This document shows positions 56,994-64,000 of a stretch of 64,000 nucleotides of DNA, one piece after another; position 1 is the stretch's first letter, and every line of letters starts with the position of its first letter. The DNA is taken from assembly GCA_951406725.2 (NCBI GenBank), contig OX597816.1, positions 77,748,001 through 77,812,000 on the forward strand, in the 5' to 3' direction. A program made the translations under genes and the position numbers. The stretch comes from Octopus vulgaris. Taxonomy: Eukaryota. A model generated the notes under the pieces. That model ran no database searches. It was not told the origin of the DNA and worked only from the letters and a program-made list of their open reading frames with translations.

Positions 56994-57221
56994 ATGTAAT
57001 ATGTGACAATTATTCGGTAGCCATGGTAAAACTCCGATTTTCGGATGCCGGGGAGGAAATCCACGTCGCCATCTCTTCAGTTATCCGGCCATCGGAAAAA
57101 TGCTATAAAATCATTTTTTGCGATGGCCGGATAACTGAAGAGATGGCGGCGTTAATTTCCACCCCGGCATCCGAAACTCGGAGTTTTATCATGGCTACCG
57201 AATAATTGTCACATATTACAT
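56994..57221. repeat. Fold-back inverted repeat, ~110 bp arms, each with a hammerhead-like motif
   Basis: ATGTAATATGTGACAATTATTCGGTAGCCATG... pairs with ...CATGGCTACCGAATAATTGTCACATATTACAT. Confidence 0.9.
57130..57190 (+). ncRNA. Hammerhead-like motif in the right arm of a fold-back repeat (mirrored in the left arm)
   Basis: GATAA-CTGAAGA-GATG...CATC-C-GAAACTCGGA-GTT-TTATC; stem III ACTC-G-GAGT. Confidence 0.55.
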
Positions 57222-57390
57222 ATATATATATATTCTTTTATTCTTTTTTGCTTGTTTCAGTCATTTGGCTGCGGCCACGAAGTCTTTCAAAGATAATGTT
57301 CTGGAAAGAAATCACTCTCCTCCGACAAAGACGCCCTTGAATATGTCCAAGATCAACAGCGTTAGCTTCAATGCTTAAAAATGTCCATTG

Positions 57391-57456
<66 letters not shown>

Positions 57457-60014
57457 TCAGATAGGAATTTTTCAACTTAATAAAAATGAAATTCAGACGG
57501 GTATTATGACGTAGGATTTGAACCGAAATTGAAAAAGTATTTTAGAATGTTTCGAAATTCAAAGAATATTTTTCTCCATTCGAATACAACCAAAAATTTG
57601 TACGAAATTAGCAGAGACACTAATAGGATTTTTATCATATATAGTTTAATTAATACTTATGAAAGACTAACATCTTAGAAGTAAGAAGGGAAGTTAGTTT
57701 TGCGGCATCTATATATAATATTTAAAGATTACAAAAGAACGTTCTTAATGGCCCAACTTGTTGGTCGATGTGTCCAACTAAAAGTGAATAAGGTATTGTA
57801 AGTAAAAGTATCCTACACACCATTCTTCTTGCAACAATTCGTCATTATTGAAACAAGCATTGCTGATATTAATAAGCATATATATATATATATATATATA
57901 TATTAGACGATAAAAGCATCTCTATAGGAAAAACTCCATCAATACAAATTATCAAACATGTGCGTGTAGTTGAAAGGCTAGAAGCTGAGCTTATCCGAGA
58001 AAAATCCTTTAATAGATGTCACACACAAACACACACATACACACGTTTCGATGGCATTTCTCGATATTTGAATCTTGAAAAGGCATTATATTTTGCTAAG
58101 AATCATATCTCAATTCGAGTGGTAAAAGAATTATGCATACATGAAAATTTATGGCTTTCTTTTTGATATTTAAGTGAAAAAGAACGTTGCTAATTCTTTT
58201 GATGTAGTGAAAGATGATAGAGACACAGCAGAAATTTATGAGCTTATTTGTTTCCATACTTTACTCTAACAACTAACAAGCTTAATAATTTGCAGTGTGG
58301 TTTGTATTGAAATGGTGGACTCATTGTCATACGAGATATGCAGCTTCAGCAAATGGATATATTTGGAAAAATATCTTTTGGATTAAGGTGAAAAGCAAAC
58401 AAGGAAACTGTCTAATCACGAATCTAAGGAGTTATTTAAAGGCTTATTCCTAAAAATTACAGTTAATACAAAATTTCTATATAATTAATTGTAGGCGCAG
58501 GTGTGGCTTTGCAGTAGGATGTTTGCTTCCCAGTCACATAATTCCGGGTTCAGTCGCAGTATGTGTCTCATTGGACAAGTGTTTTCTACTACAGTCCTGG
58601 GCCGACTAAAACTTTAAAAGAGGATTTGACAGATAGAAATAGGAAAAAAAAAGCAAGTCACATATAAATATATTTACAATTCGAGTGTAGGAAGTTTGTA
58701 AATTTCAAGCAGTGTGCGGCAGGTATAGAGAACAAGAAGTGAACAGTGTACGATCAGGAACAATAATATTTTATTAGCATAGAAAGTTATACAATTTTTC
58801 CTATATCGAATAGATGCTAGAGGATGCTTTCTGAAAATTTTTGTCTCACTATTGGCGGACACATCTAAATCAAGCAACCTGAGATCGTTAAGCAAGTGAC
58901 TTGCATTCAATCTTCTGAGTGGAAGTGTTATCATGTACATTGTTTTGTTTTGGTATAAAAGATGGGCTACATCAAATTTTCTGCTCAATACCGCACATTA
59001 GCTTGTCAGTTGTTTGAACTTAACCAGTTTAGCATGTCCCTTAGGTGTTGACGGTATGTGCATCTCTGATCACGAGCAAAAGTAGTGGAAGAGCATTATA
59101 GCAATGTGTTGGGACGAATTCTTAGGGGTTTGGATAATTTACCTCTGGAAACATGGGTGTTTCGTTGAACATCCTTAAACAACCCTCATTCAGGGAGCGG
59201 GATGGGCTATTCGACCAGAAGAAAATTCTAACTGGGCCCCACCTGCAAGGTCATATGCTGTTTATCTTGATACGAGATCATCATATCGTGCACATATAGT
59301 TGTGATGCATGTGCCTGGTGTACCCTTATCAGACGGGTAGTCATGATGGATATATTGGGCTTCGTATATCTGTACCCTAGTGTCACTTTGATTGCATACA
59401 CTGCTCTCTCATTCAATAATAATAATAAGAATAAGAAGAATAAGAATAAGAATAAGAATAAGAACAACAACAGCAATGTGTATATATGTGTGTGTTGTAT
59501 ATTATATGGAAAATATATTGCAATAATTTTCTCCATGTCTCCGAACGTTTATTTTTTATAACCATATATATTATCTTCTTCTTCTTCTTCTTCTTGGTGT
59601 TATTATTGTTGTAATCTTTCTCCTTCTCCTCATCCTCAACAACAACAACATCACCGTTCCTATTTTCCTTATTATTCCATACCTATTGTTTTATTGGTCT
59701 ATGTCACCACCATCACCACTTTCAACAAAAATGAAAAAAAGAGTCCATTCATACTACATACACTCTTTCAGCAATGAGAATAAATAGAAAATGGTAGAAT
59801 AATATTGATTCTGTTCTATTTATTTTGCTTGTATATTTTTGTTGGCTTTTTTCCCGTATTTCTTTTCTCTTCTCTTATATTTTATTTCTTGTTAACAAGA
59901 AAATCCATAGTAATTAGCAACATTTTTAATGTCGCGTCTTTTGTTTTTCACTCTTCTGCAGTCACCAAACACACTTATATACACTCACACGCAAACGCTC
60001 CCAAACACAAACAG

Positions 60015-60070
<56 letters not shown>

Positions 60071-60176
60071 CCTCTCTCCCCCTCTATCTCTCTCTCTCAT
60101 ACACACATACACATAAATTCACGTACTTGCAAACACGCATATCAAAAGCTGCAGTCTACTCTAACTATCGTCTTTA

Positions 60177-60328
60177 GCGTGGTTGTGTGGGAAGAAGCTT
60201 GCTAACCAATCACATGGTTCCGGGTGCAGTTCCACTGCGTGACACCTGCGAGTGTCTTCTGCTATACCTTCGGGCCGACCAAATCCTTATGAGTGGATTT
60301 GGTAGACGGAAACTGAAAGAAGCCCGTA

Positions 60329-60372
<44 letters not shown>

Positions 60373-60572
60373 GTGTGTCTGTGCTTGTCCCCCCTACTCC
60401 ATCGCTTGACAATCAATATTGGTGTGATAACGTGTGATAACTTAGCCGTCGGGTAAAAGTGTTAGATAGAATAAGTACTAGGCTTACAAAGTCCTGGGGT
60501 TGATTTGCTTGACTAAAGACGGTGCTCCAGCATGGCTGCAGTCAAATGACTGAAACAAGTTAAACAATAAAA
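60177..60572 (+). mobile_element. SINE family A copy
   Basis: Similar to 13007-13408 from head to tail. Confidence 0.85.
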
Positions 60573-60575
60573 TAA

Positions 60576-60712
<137 letters not shown>

Positions 60713-60722
60713 TGTATGTATG

Positions 60723-60781
<59 letters not shown>

Positions 60782-61099
60782 GATGCTTTGTAAGGCACAG
60801 AAATGTCTGTGTGATAAGAAGCCTGATTCCCAACCACATGGTTCCGGGCCCAGTCCCACTGCGTGGCACCTTTGGCGAGTGTTTTCTACTATAGCCTTGG
60901 GCCCACCAAAGCCTTGTAAGTGGAATTATATAGAAGGAATGGGAAAGAATCTAGTCGTATATATATCACACACACATATAAATAAATATATATATATATA
61001 TATAATCAATATCATATAATTAATGTATGTTTGTCTTGCAGCTGCGGCATTTTATCAATGCTAGGTGAAACGAAATCGCCCTGGAAGTGAACGAGGACA

Positions 61100-61900
61100 G
61101 ATTTCAATCTTTTGCAGTTTTTTTTCTCTTATTGCGAACCAATGATTCGTCGTTATTATTTTCCTTGTCAAAAATTTCCTCTGTGAGATGTAATTTTCTG
61201 CAAAAGTGTGAGACATCATCATGTATCTCACTGAAGTTAGGGTATTGTGGAGTTGGAGTGAATTTCAGTCCTTTTGAGAAAATTTTGATTTGTTGGGTTC
61301 ACAGGTTTAGGTTTGAGAGATTCACTATTTTTGGTCTTTCAGGGTTGGTATGTACAATCTGGTATTCGTGGTCTCAAAAATGACTAATTCTCGGAGTACA
61401 ACTGACTGATTCTTTCATTCCAACGGCTATCTCAACAAAGATACTAAATATAATATATGCATACTCTTTGTCGACATAGAATCGTATCAAGCTTCTTTTA
61501 TTCTTAAAATTGTCTGTCGACTCTTAAGTTGATTTATCTGCCAAGAAGCAGTATTACATTTAAAATTATTGATCTCGCAACTGATTTGAAATGCATGTAA
61601 AACAAAATCTAGAGATATCATGTAATATTGATTTTGTCAAATGATCTTCTCTGGACACAAGCCTCGCTGACGTTGCTTAATAATAGGTTGAGTTTCTGCT
61701 TATGTAAAAACTTTTCGTTGCGTCGTTTCTTGGCATCCTCCCATGTTGCTTTATCTCTAACAGACCGCATTGAGTTAAATGGAATTCTAATTCTTTCTGT
61801 AAGATGGAGGTAGCTTTCACAGACTGTTCAAATCTAGCCAAAGAGAATGGGATACTGTTTGATAATATCTAAATTTGATGGTTTGTTAACGAATTATAAT
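61100..61900 (-). mobile_element. Degraded Penelope-like element N-terminal ORF fragment
   Basis: IVNLSNLNL*TQQIKIFSKGLKFTPTPQY (61329-61243) matches the PLE NLS..LSKGLKFxPTP motif; boundaries approximate. Confidence 0.6.
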
Positions 61901-62482
61901 TAACTGCCGAGAGCTCGTATAGTTGCTGCGCAGGAAAAATATTATTCTGCGTGGATCAACACTTAGTCAGTCAATTACAAACATTTTCAATTTACTAAGT
62001 TGAATAACAGATAACGGTGACATTAAGACTGAACGCTAGTTGTGCTCCTTGCAAATGTCGGTCTGGAAGATCCATAGACTGCATGAGATTACATGAACGT
62101 TTCTGCCACTTCAACCCCGGCAGGTTTTCAAGAAGCTCAGAAATGAAAAGGATAATGAAGCGGGAGTTTACCGTAATTAGTATTCCATCTGCTCTGGAAC
62201 CAGTCAGTTTGTTTCAGAAAATACAAACGCACACACACATATACGTGCGCGCGCATACGCACACACAAATGACATGTTGTTATGTCGTAGGATACTATTA
62301 GCTCTATAAAGCTGCTTCACCAATAGATGAGATATCGACTTCTTCATTCGGAGACTGCGTATAGCAGCGCCATCAACACACAAGTGTTGCTCCTAAAATA
62401 GTTAAAACGATTGAGGGATAGAAAGAAGACACGTAACTCTATTAAAGAATCTCATTAGCTATTGCGCAAAGCGATACTGTTA

Positions 62483-62786
62483 GTGGAGGCACATGACCTA
62501 ATGGTTAGAGCAGCGGCTCGCGATCGAGGGATGGCGGTTTCGAATCTCAGACCGGGCGATGTGTGTGTTTATGAGTGAAACATCTAATCTCCACACGGCT
62601 CCGGCAGAAGATAATGGCGAACTTCTGCTGACTCTTTCGCCAAAGGTTTCTCTCACTCTTTCCTCCTGGATCTTGCAGCTCACCTGCGACGGACCGGCGT
62701 CCCGTCCAGGTGGGGAACCTATACGCCAAGGAAACCGGGAAACCGGCCCTTATGAGCCAGGCATGGATCGAGAAGGAACAAACAAA
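62483..62786 (+). mobile_element. tRNA-derived SINE family D (V-domain-like centre)
   Basis: A box TGACCTAATGG, B-box-like GTTTCGAATC, central CCTGCGACGGACCGGCGTCCCGTCCAGG, tail AACAAACAAA. Confidence 0.65.
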
Positions 62787-63689
62787 AGTGATGCTGTTAG
62801 CATTCTCTCTCGTGGACTTTGTCAATTATATGTTTGGGTGTGTGTGCGTGTGTGTACGTGTGTGTGTATGTGTGTGTGTGTTTATGTGTGTGTATGTGTG
62901 TGTGTGTGTGTGTGTGTGTTTGCATGTGTTTGCATATGCTCATGTGTGCGCATGTGAGTGAGTATGGCGCAAGATACTAAAAAACATCTCACAAGCATTT
63001 GCATATATTTGTTGCACCAATAAAATTTATTGTAGATAGTTAATAAAAAACCAGTGTCTAACGAGCTATATTGTTTTATAGATAGAATAAGTACTTTATA
63101 GATAGAATAAGTACTTTATAGATAAGTACTTTTATAGATCTCTCGAAGAAATACAAATTAATGAAATAAAACTATATTCACATAGATCGGTGGTTCCTGA
63201 TTGTTTTTTTACCCTCAGCACGCAAGAATATACAAACACACTTGCATGCAAATATACACCCACACATATATGTACATACGTTCATACATACATACATGCA
63301 TACATACATACATACATACATACACACACACTATCTCTTTCTCTCTCCCTCACACATATACACACACACACACAAGTACACAAAGAACCAAACACACATA
63401 TGAAATTATTGAGTATGTATTCCTTACATAGAAATAAACGAGGAATTTCAACCGTGTTTCATGGTCTGCTACCACAACAGCTTCTTTATAGGATCCAGTT
63501 AGCTCAAGACATCATCAGGAGGAACACTTCCGGTTTCAGCCCCTACTCCTCTACCGTTTTCACGTGGCGGCCCCCATACTTTCGGAGGTATATTCAGCTC
63601 TGGTGTTGGGTGCATGTCTTCTTTCTTCTTCTTTCTTCTATTCCCTGGCCTCTTCGATGTAGCATCAACGAGTGTCAGCGGGCGAACTC

Positions 63690-64000
63690 GCTGCGTCATT
63701 TGTTTTCGGCCACTTAATCTTTGTCCTCTTCACGCCTATCTCTCATTTTGACTGTTCCAATTCAACTGTGGAATGAACCTCGCTATGGTTATTTTCCAAG
63801 AGGTTCTGGCCACACGTCTTATGGTTTATCAACCCGCGTTGTAGAATTACTTTCTTCTGCCACACCTTCCCTCGGTGGAGTCTCAGCCCGATGTAACTAT
63901 CAAACACCTTTCCGCAGCAGCTGAACTCCCCATCTACCATTCCTTTGCCGCTTCCATTTTCATTGTCCATTTCCGGTCTAAGTCTATTTCGTTTTCCGTT
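63690..64000 (-). mobile_element. Possible Hero-like (restriction-like endonuclease clade) non-LTR N-terminal fragment
   Basis: CCGKVFDSYIGLRLHRGK (degenerate zinc finger) followed, after a stop, by KRTKIKWPK; assignment is from recalled motif resemblance only. Confidence 0.4.

Noticed and set aside
62485-62556. tRNA-like heads here and at 8513 and 13007
   Set aside because: No complete cloverleaf; they continue into SINE bodies, so they are not tRNA genes.

Overview
AT-rich, microsatellite-dense animal genomic DNA; the SINE families and (TA)n/(CATA)n load suggest a cephalopod such as Octopus (inference). The only host gene I can support is the 5' part of a secreted GH18 chitinase on the minus strand: four coding exons (38564-38480, 36389-36225, 6947-6785, 1641-1548) with matching splice phases, a signal peptide, an intact DxxDxDxE motif and a 29.3 kb intron. 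The gene continues beyond the window start. The rest is SINEs and fragments of Tc1/mariner, LINE, Penelope-like (PLE) and Helitron-like elements. The most notable feature is inside the large intron: a near-identical tandem array (31172-34155) of six ~485 bp units plus a partial seventh. Each unit carries a complete type I hammerhead ribozyme, and the unit folds through G-U-rich hairpins on one strand only, as expected for a retrozyme-like element that could yield circular RNA. Many further minimal hammerheads (including U3-A8 compensated cores) and fold-back palindromes accompany the PLE remnants. Almost all ORFs in the supplied track are microsatellite artefacts.
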